This document shows positions 13,080 through 25,421 of a stretch of 64,000 nucleotides of DNA, in pieces. The stretch lies in assembly GCA_017654855.1 (NCBI GenBank), contig CM030335.1, positions 992,001 through 1,056,000 of the forward strand, given 5' to 3'. The notes under the pieces were generated by a model. The model ran no database searches and had not been told where the DNA came from. It saw nothing but the letters and a program-made list of their open reading frames with translations. Source of the DNA: Podospora anserina. Lineage: Eukaryota. The position numbers and the translations under genes are program-made. The stretch's first letter is position 1, and each line of letters begins with the position of its first letter.

Positions 13080-15380
13080 TTAGCCCAAACAATAACCAGC
13101 ACATGCCTCAGACCTAGTACGGCGGGACATCAGGAAACTGATGGATTGGGTCCCTTCCACGTCCGTCCCCGCGATCAAAGTCTGCTCGATTGATACATTT
13201 TGGTCTCCAGAAGTCGAGCATCTCGTCTTCTGAAAGCTTTGGCGGATGGGCAGAGTAAATTCCGCCCTGCGGCAAACCCGGAGCACCGACAACCGGCCGG
13301 GTCGGGATTGCACAGATCTCCTGTTTTGAGAGAGAAACACAAAGTCAGCATGCTTCTTGGAGATAAACTTGTTAGTAAAAATATTGAATCTTACATCAAA
13401 CTTGCACTGTCTGTCACACTTTGCCCACAGATCCCACCCAATCCATGACAGAGTGTCTTTGCTGAGCTGTCTGTATCGTGCTACTTCCTGATCGTTGAGC
13501 CGAGCCTGATCACCCCAGTAGTTTGTAGTATGTTTCTCACTCAAACCAAAGAGGTCCCATTCCCATGTGCAAAGCCTTTCCGTGATGACGCTGAGGGAGT
13601 GATATAGAAGGACCTCTGGCCGGCCGAAGGTTGTTAAGTCCATGCCTGCTGTATAGGTATACTGTTGAACACCGGGTTATAGTCTGCTCTTTGGCGTTGG
13701 GGACCTCTCTGATGAATCGGAGATTATGTGGTACTCGAGATACGGGCTAGGATTGTACGTGTAAGTTCGTGGATTTTGGTAATGATCGCTTTAGTTCCTG
13801 ATTTCCACTCCTCGAAACACTGCGCCAATCTCACGGGCTCGGGTGCTGTGTTGGGAGAGGGTGGTGGTGAATATAGCTTGCTGGTTTGTACCCGAATATA
13901 GGCTGTTCTTTCCAGGTCGAAGATGTAATGGTTTGTAACTATGAGTGTATTGGTTTATATTATCTGGTTGTATATCAAAAGTTGGTGTCCTTTTTTGAAT
14001 CCCCATCCGTTGATAAGGCTGTCGTTGTTGCCGACAAGCTTCCCGGCGTGGTGCGATTTGGCAAGACTGGTGAGTTCTGGGTTGCAAAAGGAGATTATGC
14101 GGTAGATGTCCAGGTGGAGTCGGGTTTCTGCTAAAACCCCCCCCTCTTCAACTCGATCGTAATGCCACGATGTGCTACGGAGCCACTCGTATGAGCCCTG
14201 CTCTGAGAATATGTTGCTGAAACCGTTGGGTGGTTGGCGGTTGGGGTCGCGTGGGAGGTTTTCTGGATTATCCTGTTCCAGTTGCCGGGTACGGTAATAT
14301 TAGTGATAAAGAGCTGTTGGAGTTGAGAGGTATAGTAATCGCATGATAAGAACTCAAAACCGGCGTTCATTCCCGTCAATTCCCAGCTTTTTTTACTCGA
14401 GAAAACCTTTACGAAGCCCCTTATTTATCTTATCAGCACCCCCACCCTACCTATTGACTTACATATCCTATAATATAGTAAAAAGCCTTAAAAACCAATA
14501 ATAAGCGTTTAATTAATCTTTAAGGGCCTTTATATTGATTTCAGTAGCCTTTAACTATCTTTTAAGCCCTTTTAACTATCTTTTAACGTCTTTTAATTAT
14601 CTTTTAACGTTTTTCAACTATCTTTTAGAGCCTATTAAATACCTTTTAACCCTTAATAATTATACTTTGTAATATAGTTAAATTCTATATTGAGGGGGCG
14701 TGCTGGTTAGATAAATAGGAGGCACCGTATAGGTTCTCTCTTTTACTAACTTGCAGAGGTCAAGAGTGCGTTGGTCTTTGTCATAGATGAGGTTGTAGTC
14801 TGGATGAAGCGGGACGTGGCCTTGGAGGATTGATATCTAAGAGTCTAATGTGCCGAGGGCGGTCAGGGTGGCGGATTGACCGTCGAAGTAGATGATGTTG
14901 AGGGGTCGAGTTGTCTGGTAGAGATGCAAGTTTGAACGGCCGAAACCACCGTAGATGCCTATTGATATTTTTCTGTATATATGTACAGGTTAGAATATCT
15001 CCAACCTATTCTTACATGGAGACATAAGAGATGATAGAGATCTGAGTTTAAAGTAAATAGGCATTCGCGTCAAAAGCAAAGAAGGTCGGCTTTTTGGGTG
15101 GACCGGGAATATGTTTGGCATGGTACACAAGAGTTGCCGGCGCGATGCTCCCGGCAACTATGAAATGCCCATTTGTGGGGTACAAGTTCGGCCGTTGTTG
15201 GAGGAGACCTTGGACCGAATCGAAGATGAAAGGTACGACAGTCTGGTAGTACTCGGAGGCGAGAGTGGGAGGTGGTTCCTGGATTGCACCCTCAAAGAGA
15301 TGCAAGGAGGACCAAATGTCCAATACAATATATGGCGCAGCTAAAGGCTAAAGAATCCCAGAAATGCCATGGCATACATG
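13080..15380 (-). pseudogene. Pseudogene of an uncharacterised fungal protein family, disrupted by a TIR element, stop codons and frameshifts; boundaries approximate
   Basis: Collinear fragments NGHFIVAGSIAPATLVYH..FFAFD / LHLYQTTRPLNIIYFDGQSATLTALGTLDS* / DLCKLVK-[insertion]-KLGIDG / MNAGFEFLSCD / SWIGWDLWAKCDRQCKFD in different frames; family recognised from memory. Confidence 0.75.
14399..14740. mobile_element. 342-bp non-autonomous DNA transposon (MITE) with about 45-bp imperfect TIRs, a 7-8-bp TSD and an AT-rich, RIP-like interior
   Basis: Left end GAGAAAACCTTTACGAAGCCCCTTATTTATCTTATCAGCACCCCC versus reverse complement of right end GAGAGAACCTATACGGTGCCTCCTATTTATCTAACCAGCACGCCC (36/45 identical); flanks TTTTACTC (14391-14398) and TTTTACTA (14741-14748). 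Confidence 0.88.
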
Positions 15381-16502
15381 CCACGGTTGCGCGTGCAAAT
15401 TGTTATCCTCTTTTCGAAAACACTAGGGTAAAGGAAGATTGGATTTAGAGCTTCGAGTCGAAGGCGGCTTAGGTAACGATATCATAATAAGTCTGTCTTA
15501 TCTCATCAAAGGGGACAATTTCAATCGATATACAGTGCAAGGCTCTACTGTGTTATTGTTGGATCTCGGTGCGTGGGATGAATCAGTCAGGAAACCTCTC
15601 TCAGGTGGTATTAAGGAAATGTCAGGATGAATATGTTTATGCTACATGTGGCCGGACAATGAGGAAGACACTTATCGGGGCGGTCAGCGGCATCAGCGGC
15701 TGTCGGCTATGAGTGTAACAAGTGGTCCGCAAACTCGGCTGTGTTTGCCAGTTGCCTGACGAGAATGTACACCTTTCCTGCACATGCCGCCATGCAACAG
15801 CATGTAGGAGAATGGCGTTAACAACCACAGTGTTGGTGATGTCTTCTATGGTTCATAAACTCATGAAATGGTAGGGTAAGCCAAAATGACATCGAGAGGC
15901 CTAACTAAACTCAAAGTTTCGACTGGCCTAGTAAGGGTGAATTAAGAGGGCAGTTTGGGCCCAAGTTTTTCACAGTATTAGGTAGTCCTAGCTAAGGTGA
16001 CGTGATCACCGTAAAGAGCTTGCTATTTATGGTGCCATTCCCTAGTTGACATCATTCCAAGATTACTGCGTTATAACCGCGAAAGTATTCCACCCCGACC
16101 CGTGAAAGTGATGTGCAAAATTTGAGGCCTATGCCAAAGCATTGTCTCTCAATCATCAATCAATCCTCATCTTCGTCTTCCAAGTCACCAAGGAAATCCC
16201 ACCACTCCAACGATAGCTGCGCATTGACAGAGTCAACGAATATGTCTTCGGGGCTGGTGGAGAGTTTGGCGTCAGCATGTCTATGTGATAGCTCACAAAC
16301 GGAAAGAAGCCCATTCTCCAAAGCTCGTACAGGCCTTTCAAAACTATTGTTTGAGCCTTGGAAAGATATACAACAAATGGTCTTGAAGGCTGATCTGGGG
16401 ACATGGTGGTCCTCTTTCAGCGCCATGTCTTTCCGAAACGTTGGCGGCCACCCAACTTGCAGGCCTCACGTCATCAAAAAGAAAGAAAAACTCACCCATG
16501 AA

Positions 16503-18788
16503 TCATGCTCCCGCAAAGCTGACCATTACACTCTTGCAAAAGATCCGGATACCAGCTATTTACTTCTGCGGTTTTACCTTCTGTCAACCACACACAATCC
16601 CATATTCCTTTGCCAAAGCCCAGGTGGGGGACAACTCACCATCATTCTCCTTCATAAAAGCCCAGAGATTCTTCTTCACCATCTCGACGTTATTCAAAAA
16701 GTCCCTCAAGATACCCACCGCCTCCTCACGCTCCATAACAGACAGCCTCTTCACTCCACTCGGCAAAGGCTGCTGTCGTGGAATAGCCGCCTTCTCCTCT
16801 AACTCTTTCAGTCTCACATCCACAAGACCTAGGTCGGTTTCTGGAGATGTGATGCTCAGAAATTCCCTCAAGCCGACCACCTCGATCTCGTCAAGAGCAG
16901 GCAGCTGCACCGGCGGTCGGGCCACCTCGACGCGCGGTTTCATCCGGGCAAACGCGTACCTCGCCCAGTTGGTAGCGTGGTGAGCACGCGTCGTCCAGCT
17001 CTCCAGATCTCTCGTGATGCGGTTGTGGTGTAGCGAGACCAAAACAATCCAACTGTTGGGCTCGAGGGTGCGCACAAGTGGCCAGCAGTCACCGACGTGT
17101 TCGCCTCTCCGGCTAGTTCCGGGACGGAGCGGCACTGCGGAGCTCTCCAGCGGGATTTGGCTGATTTGGTAGTCGTTGTTCATGCCGTTCAGTGCTGGGG
17201 GTGCGGAGCAGAAATCAAAGAGCTTTTCAGAGGCCTCGACCCCGGTGGAACCGGGTTGGACTGATCTCAGAATGTACTGGATGAAGCCGGCTGCGAACCG
17301 CTCTGGTTGAAGCATCAAGTTGCCCATGGGGAAGTAGTTTGGCCAAAAGCGTTCCCGGCCTAGTCCGTACGTCTGGTGTCTGACAAACATGTGCTGGACT
17401 GGGAATATGTCGACAGGAATCTGGTAGCTAGGTATGGGAATGGGTCCGTAGTGTCGTGCCGATCGCAATGGTGTTGACAGAAAGTCTGCGACTAGGATAT
17501 GCTTTTTGGTCATAGAAGACGGCATTTTAAGCATCTCGACGAAAAGCTCGGTGCTGCGCAGTTGGTCCCCTTGGCGTGGGTGTTTGGCAAAATACAGGTT
17601 CTGTATGGTTGGAAAGCGCGCCAGGACCTCAAGAACTTCCGATGGGCTGCTTTTGAGTGTATCGGCACAAAGGCTGATGGCTCTAATGGGGGTGTCTGAC
17701 AACCGATTGCCCAGTACAATTGAGATAGAGTGGGCCGAGAGATTGTTGAAAGGTGTTAGGTCGAGTTGCTCCTGTCCTTCTACTGTCAGGGCAATGAGTT
17801 GCGCGATGGGTTGATGGTCGCCCAAATTCGCAGAATGTTTGATCAAGTAGCGTCGTAGTTCATTCTGAAAGTTGGGGATAGCCCGAACGTGTTCAAAAAC
17901 AGAGATATCCACATCCTCCATCTCGGCAGCACCACGAACCAATGTTCTGAATACTTGGTCACGGAGAGATGGTGGCGGAAGGGGTTTCTGGGACGACTTA
18001 AAAGGCCACCCAACTGTGGTAGCATATTAGTGACAGTCTCTAATCTCCCCATTCTGCGTCGAGCAACTCAACTTACAATGCAACGTTGGCACATCCATTA
18101 CTTTCCATCGAGAGGTGATTGCTGATGCCTTTTTAAACTCATCGGTAAACTCATCAACGGAGCCTCCATACAAACGTTCGTTCACGAAAGCGCACGCAGT
18201 GATAAAATCGACAACTGATAGCGGTCTTGACGAGGGAGAGCCATCTGGCCAGAGAGCTTGACGGTTTAGGCGGGACGGATGAAGATAAACGCCGTATCGA
18301 ACCTTGGCCGGGTCCGACACATCGATCACAAGCATGTGACGATGGAGGGCGCGCTCAAAGTGGTGGTAGACGCTTGCCAGAGGCCAATGCCCAATGTTTT
18401 GGTTGGTGGCCGTTTGTTCACGGGTGACAGCGATAGCAAGACAAGTCGCAATGAAGGGGAACTCTGGGTGACCAGCCCGTGACGATCCTTCGTTCGGCCA
18501 TGGCGGTCCAGGCTGGTTGTAGAAGTCGTAGGCAAGAGAAAGCTCTGCCCGAGTTCCAAGATAATTCAAAGGATCTGAAAAATAGCGGAGAGCTTTGGCA
18601 CAGCTTGTCAAGAAGGTGCCTGAGGTGCAGTCAGCAGTGAAGGCAGCCAGAGGATAGTGTGGGGCTTGTTGGTCTGGGCCAAGTCTGGCCACAGCAAGCA
18701 TGAGCCAGGGTTTATCTGGAACATCTCGATCAGGCTCATAAAATCTGGACTGGCGCCAGCCGTTCTCAGAGGCTTTTTGGTACGGCAT
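16503..18788 (-). CDS. Uncharacterised fungal protein of about 700 aa, probably 3 exons (introns at about 18013-18075 and 16566-16638)
   Basis: 253-aa and 452-aa ORFs separated by a GTAAGT..CTAAT..CAG intron; predicted last exon EVNSWYPDLLQECNGQLAGA*; no recognisable catalytic motif. Confidence 0.65.
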
Positions 18789-19225
18789 GTTCGAAAGTGT
18801 AGGGATGTATCAGGACAAGTGGAAGTAAGTAGGTAGTAGAAGAACAGAATCAGATGTATATTACGACATTACATCAACCAAAAAATCAACGAAATCCCAC
18901 AAGACATGGAAAGAGACACAGATGAGAGTTGAGGATGCCGAGAGCGGTGAAAGTGCAAGTTGCTTTTTGTCATTGATAGTGAGGTAGGTTAGTTTAAGGT
19001 TGGGTACCGAGGCTTGGGAGCGGTTACCTAACAACTGTAAGTAATACGGTTATGGCGCCAGCTGAAATCGGCCGGCATATTACGGATACCTATCGCTTAC
19101 GGCTAGTGACAGCCGGACATTTCCGCCCACAGCGGGCAAGCAGTCCTCAACAAATCCACCATATCACATGGCCAAAAAACATCCGGATAAGCACAAATCA
19201 CCGAAGTACACGCCTCACCCTCATC

Positions 19226-20575
19226 ATGCCCGATCCTGATGATGGCAGCCCCTCAGTGGACAGCCCATCACCGGCACCCGTCCCAAATGACAACGCGACA
19301 ACAACAACCACATCAACCCCCAGGGTCGCGTCGCCAAAGGGCCCGAGGAGACGTGCTCCAAACCGAACAGTTGACGGTGGTCCACCCGCCTGTGTCAAGT
19401 GTCATGGATTCAAGATGCGCTGCATCCGCCAACCAGATCAAAAAGATTGCAACCGATGTATCAATGCCAAAATTGAGTGTGTTCCCCGCGAGCCTGGCTC
19501 GGTAGGAAGGCCACGACTGCCTCGGCCGCCCGGGTGGACGAGGAGTCACTACAAAAAAGGCCGGCGACTTGGCGATCAACTTGTGCAATCAACCTCACAA
19601 GCGGCTGAAGACCTTGATCCAGAATCATCCTCACCTTCAAATTCAACCGAGGCCACACCCCCAGAACCAACAAGCCCAGCCAAGAGCTCAGCACCAGCTC
19701 GATATGGTGGTCCCATCATCGGACTAGCAGGCTACAACGCTCTCTTGCCCAGCTTTGACGACCTCCCCCATGACAGCCCGGCCGCTACCGCCAACGCTCG
19801 TGGGAGTATCTACACAGAAAGCACCTTCAGAGCCCCTCAACAACCACAACCGCCGCTTCACCCATTGTTCCGTTCAACTCAGACCCCTCCTGAACCCCAA
19901 CCCTCACCTCAACCTCGACAACAACAACCTACCGCTTACGCACCAGCAGACCAAGACCCAATAGAACAACTCGCCCGCCTCCAGCTACAAATCTACCAAC
20001 ACCACACCCTAGCCAAGAAGAACGAGCCCTCCATAAGAAAAGACGGCAACAAACCAACCGGCACTGAACCACTCGACACATCCTGGATCAACCCCCTCTT
20101 TCAATCAGCCTCCCTTTTCCACACCATCCTCTCTTCCTTTGCCGCATCTCCGCCTGATACAGCAACCTTTTTGATGATAATCTCAATCTACACCCGCTTC
20201 TTGCAAACGTTTGACCTTTTGGCGGATTGTATACAACGCTACATATGGTGGCACGGCATCTGTGGCTCGCCTATGGTGCAAGATGACAAGTATTTTATCA
20301 GCGGGCTGAGCGATTCGGTGGTTGTTACGATAGGGGGGGTGGAGGTGCCGCGGAGTGTGAAGGGGAGTAAGGTGGCGCTTATAGACACGACGAGGGCGGC
20401 ACATTACTTGACTTTTGGACTGATGGAGAAAATTAGGGGGGTGTTAGATGGGTGGGTGGGAGGGGAGGATATGGTCGTGAAGAAGGGGGCGATGGAGGGG
20501 GTGGGGAGGTTGGAGGAGAAGGTGAGGGAGAATTTTGTGCGGACTAGATGGAGGAAGATGCCGGAGCGAGGGTGA
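19226..20575 (+). CDS. Zn(II)2Cys6 transcription factor, intronless
   Basis: ACVKCHGFKMRCIRQPDQKDCNRCINAKIEC binuclear cluster followed by GRPR and a P/Q-rich linker; start at MPDPDD is inferred. Confidence 0.85.
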   Translation: MPDPDDGSPSVDSPSPAPVPNDNATTTTTSTPRVASPKGPRRRAPNRTVDGGPPACVKCHGFKMRCIRQPDQKDCNRCINAKIECVPREPGSVGRPRLPRPPGWTRSHYKKGRRLGDQLVQSTSQAAEDLDPESSSPSNSTEATPPEPTSPAKSSAPARYGGPIIGLAGYNALLPSFDDLPHDSPAATANARGSIYTESTFRAPQQPQPPLHPLFRSTQTPPEPQPSPQPRQQQPTAYAPADQDPIEQLARLQLQIYQHHTLAKKNEPSIRKDGNKPTGTEPLDTSWINPLFQSASLFHTILSSFAASPPDTATFLMIISIYTRFLQTFDLLADCIQRYIWWHGICGSPMVQDDKYFISGLSDSVVVTIGGVEVPRSVKGSKVALIDTTRAAHYLTFGLMEKIRGVLDGWVGGEDMVVKKGAMEGVGRLEEKVRENFVRTRWRKMPERG

Positions 20576-21027
20576 GAGGGAGGCGGATTATGTTCTTGGA
20601 CAACTCGTGACGGAGGGTGATCTAACCAAGCCAGCGTTACCTCCAAAGTCTTGGTGAGCGGATTTCTATGATTTCTATCATGGGAATGTGTTGGCTTGGC
20701 TGGCTTGCTTACTCCTCCTTAGTTCGCCGCCCGTCTTGGACATCTTATCACAGAAGACTTGTCACTACAGTTTTGCTCAGTTTCAAGTCCTTCATCACCA
20801 AGCAAAGGTCACCATTATTCCACAAACACAAATGGTAAAGAAATACAAATGCATTGTATGTATGTACACTCCCAACAACCAAACAAAACCTAGCAAACGA
20901 TCTTTTATATGCACAGGATGGCGCGCCCCCTTAGAGAAGACCAAGAAAAGCTAACCAACTGACCGCCCTAGGTTCTGCTCCATTTTTCACCCCCGCCCAT
21001 TTTCCCGCTCTCCCAAGCATCAACCAC

Positions 21028-22285
21028 TTAGAGAAGGGAAGGGTTAGAGTTGCGAAGCAACATCTCAAAGTACTCCTGGTGCCAGGCACCGGCCTCGGGC
21101 GAAGGCTGGAAGGCATCGGGCTTGCCGCAGAAGCTGTCATAACGAACAGCCGAGCTGTCGGAAGTACCATCCGACTCACCGCCGGGCTTGACCCAGACGA
21201 AGGCATCAGCCAGCTCGAGGCCGGTGTCGGCCGAGGGGGGACGGCCGAAGCCGGCACCGTCGACGTTGCACCAGTTACCCCACTCCTCGCGGAGACCCTG
21301 GACACCGTTGCGGCCAGTGTCGACGATGGCGTGGTTGGGCATGCCGGCGGCCTTGAGGCGCTGGCCAAAGGTGTTGACGTAAGTGCGCTCGTTCTGGCAC
21401 GAGTTGTACTTGGCGTCGGAGGCGGAGGAGAACTCGCCGGGGGACAGGTCCCAGGCGTTCCAGCCGGCCACGTTGGTGGCGATGCCACGGAACTGCTTGG
21501 GGCTGCCGGCGGCCTTGTAGGCCTTGGCGAGCTCCTCGGCGCCGGGCTTGAGGTTGGCGTCCCAGCCGAGCCAGCCGCCGTGGCCGGCGTCGATGTACTG
21601 GACGACGTTGGGAAGGTTGAGCGTCTTGAGCGCGTAGGCGACACCGTCGCGGTAGCCGGCGGCCGAGTTGCGGCAGGCCTGAACGTCGGAGTTGGTGACC
21701 AGGTTGGGGAGCGAATCGGGCTCAATGACGAGCGCGACGGCGGTGTTGGGGTGGGCCTTGAGGATGGAGGCGATGCCTTGACACAGCTGTCAGTCGTCTT
21801 TTTTCCTTGGTAAAGATGTCATTGAGGATTTACTTACGGTCAATGAACTCAGTCTTGTACCTGTTGAGCTCGCCAACCTTCAGCTCACCGTTGGAGGCCT
21901 TGGCAGCGCAATCACGGCCGGGAAGATCGTAGACGACGACACCGAGGATCTCGTTGCAAGGAACCTCGGCGAGAGCGGGCTCGAGCCTGTCAACATTGGC
22001 GATGGTGTCGAGCCAGACGAAGGAACCGGTGTCGGCAACCTTACGGGCGGCAGCCTCGAGGGAGGGGTCGGAAAGGTTGGGGATGGCGAGCTCCTCAATC
22101 TCCTTGCGGTAGAAGTTGTTGGCGTGGAGGGTGTATTGCTTGAAGACGTTGGTCTGGGCGTTGAGGGAGACGGCCGAGGCGCAACCAGCTTGTCTCTTGG
22201 TGGGCTTGTCCTGGGTGGTCGGGGAAGGGGCGGCAACGGCTGAGGCGACGAGCGCCAGAGCGGCGGCGGAGCTGGTGATCTTCAT
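21028..22285 (-). CDS. cel6: Secreted GH6 cellulase (cellobiohydrolase II/endoglucanase) without CBM1; intron at about 21779-21837
   Basis: Signal peptide MKITSSAAALALVASAVA, KR propeptide site, YDLPGRDCAAKASNGE, IEPDSLPNLVTN, DAGHGGWLGW, WGNWCN, WVKPGGESDG. Confidence 0.95.
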
Positions 22286-24772
22286 GTTGAACGACGGGGC
22301 GAGTACACTTGCTGCAGAAAGTATGAAGGCCTGAGGGAGGAAGATCTTGTTTCTGCCGAGGGGGGGAGGGTGGTCTGTCTTTATACCAGGGGACCTCTCC
22401 GCGGACTTGGCGTTGCCGTGTTACCCCCCTGAGAGTTCTTCAAGTCAACACAACAACCTCGACGAGGACTGCCCAACACACGGTTCGCCTCCCTGGCTCA
22501 CATGGTTCACGCGGCTCGAAGGCACACAGGAGATCTCTCTGCAATCAGGAAGACAGGCCCGTGGTCTCGGCCAGGAACCTCCGAGGAAGGCTTGAGCCGC
22601 GCCGAGCAGTCGCCGCTGGAATATAGGGTGCGGGGCTGGTGTTGAGTGCCGAGCAAGGCGACTGGACAGGTCCAAGATCCCCATCTGGCATTTCATATAC
22701 AGCTTCATTTACGCTCAGGCGACGACGGCCGGCCCTACTCTGGATTGGTGGGAGGCCAACGGGCAGCTACCACTACGATTTGCGAGGGAAATTGTGGGGA
22801 AGAGGGAACTTGCTCTCTATTGGGGTTGCCATGTGCAATCTGGGGTATTCGACCATCTCATGCACGGCCGTTCGATCTTGCCCCTTTGGTCACACTGGGA
22901 TCCTAGGAGGGAGAGGGTGGCGCCGCCCAACCCCTTGCAGCCACCATCATCAGCTGCTGTGGAGAAGCACCGGGGGGGATGGCGATCGTTGCTCAATGGC
23001 AGTGGGGGCTCCGAGCCGTCAGCCGTGTTGGAGAAATCGCGACTACCGCCAAGATAATATGCGGATGCGGAACTGAGGGCGGTCGCCAGATTGTCTGCGG
23101 TTGGATGAATACTGTGAGAGGTATGGTGCCATCAGAAACCTGTGTTCATATGATCAGGTTCGAAAGGGGGTGTGAGGACCCTGAAGGGTTCCGTCCGAAG
23201 TGTGGCAACAGGACCAGAATACAATGGTGAGCATTGCTTTGGTCACGTTTGTTTCATCTCTAGAAGTGCCGACATGTCCAGTATCGACAGTCCCCCTCAC
23301 TACTCAGGCACTGACCTTTGACTGGAAGGAGCGGGACAATGTCTGAGAGGCAAATGCACGATTCCCCCCTCCCCCCAAGGGATCGGATTTGGTCCAGCTG
23401 CAAAATGCGGGGTCTCCACAAAATGTCAGGCTGTTTGAGTGTTCAGGTTGCGTGGTGCGCTCTCACAGGGGCGGCAAAGTGTGTATGTGTGAAAGAGAGG
23501 GAGAGAGGGACCAACCATGTCAGTAGCTTTTTGCTGGGAACAAGGGGTGGTGGTGGTCCGGGTACTACTTTGTTTTTTTGGTTGGAACCAAGCGGCAGTT
23601 TAGATGGCTAAAATACGCCATCATCTGAAACAGAGCGTTGTTATTTGCTGGCTGCCTTATAAACGGTTATAGTGCCGCGCCCATTAAGCCGCAAAGCCCA
23701 TGTATTAGCCGGCACATCCACCTTGGACGCTGCATATCTTTTTGTCTTGACAATCCCAACGAGAAGGGTCACACACACACACAGCCGAAGAAAAACTCTC
23801 CGGGCTGGCTGGGGGGGGATGCCAGGCTTTAGCCGAAGCGGCGTCAAAAGCCCGATGGAAAAGGCTTGTATTATTTGGGCGGCAAGGAATAACAATGATC
23901 ACTGGGTACACACGAACAAGCATTGAGAGAGATTGTGCCTTGTTCGGCACACGGAGCCAACAAACCGGTGGCCTACCTAGGCGGGATGGGGGAGGATAAT
24001 ACACTTGATGATGTGCTATCTACCAGGCATGTGCTCTCCGCGCAGCGTGGAATCAATCATTGGGTCCCTTCGTTTCCTGTAAGAGATCATGCACCTCATT
24101 ATTGCTTGCCCGGAACAGCAACAGCTGGAATCCGAGGAGGTGCACGCCACCACCTCGCCACATCGTCACACAGTTACACATACCCAAGATGGAGCAAGTG
24201 CTGGAAAAGCTGGGGAAGGGTAGGCAGGGGAGATCTCGGGCTATGGTACCGACTGAGGAGAGAGCAGGTATTTACCTCAACTTGACTCCCGAGTTTTCCG
24301 GTTTGAAAATGTCACCTGGATCACCACTCGCCCCGGTCTCCCAATTTCAGCAGTCTTGTTGTTTTGTTTCCGTTGAGGACGATGATTGATCCCCGGGAAG
24401 GGCTCACGGCAATTAGGACGGTAAGCAGGCCCGAGGTGACATTGTGGCTGAGGAGAGTGTGAGCCTTTTAGAGTGTGAAGTTGTAGACCGGGAATAAACT
24501 TGGTCTAATATTGATTGAGACGATCAGTTGGAGCATGCCACTCTTCGTCCACCAGTCTAGCGTTTGTATTTGGATAACCAATGGTCAGAGTAGTGTATTC
24601 AGAACCCTACAATGTCATATTTTGGTCCTTGTAGTCATGCGTGCTAACTCATGCCAAATCATCTCGAACCAAACATTGAATTAGAAGTAGACTCGAGTGA
24701 GAAACTGGGCCCATTGCAGCCTCAGCTTTTGATGCCACCAAAGGCCTGTCCCAACTATGCACAACAGATATA

Positions 24773-25382
24773 CTACACAATGCCACAGACCACCTCACCA
24801 TCTTGAAGAATCTTATACATCCCGTCCACATGCTCAAACGTAACATCTTCCCTCCTTCTCAGCGCCACATAGAAGGCCTCTCTCGATTCCTATGATATAT
24901 GTCAGGTAAACCAATGTTTCCATCAAATTCCACCAAAAAATGAACAAGAGCCACAACTCACCTTCCTCGACGACATTGGCTTCTCCCTATGCACCTTTGC
25001 AAACATCTTCTTCAGCACCATCTTCAACTCATCGTCGCCACTCCCTTCGTAATACTTGCACACGAAGTGCCCGTCCGGTTTCAGTGTTTCGCTGGCAAAC
25101 GTCAACGCCGCTTTGCAGAGTTCCTAATTTTCCCCCAAACATGTATCGTCATCATCACCACTTCTGAAGAGATGTCAAAAGAAAATAACCTACCATGCTC
25201 CCCGCGTGGTCCCTGAGAGAAATTCCGCTCGTGTTCATCAACCTGTGTAGAGACAAATACGGGTTACTTATGCTGTTGATTTTGAATCCTTGAGTTTGGG
25301 GCCAGGGTTCGGACATGTCGCTTAACACCACCTATTGTTTTGTTATGTTTTCCTCGTCAGCATTTCTACTCCCCCCTTTTTC

Positions 25383-25421
<39 letters not shown>

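Noticed and set aside
16160-16426. 88-aa ORF downstream of the uncharacterised gene
   Set aside because: The predicted upstream gene stops at 16503, and there is no independent support for a separate gene.
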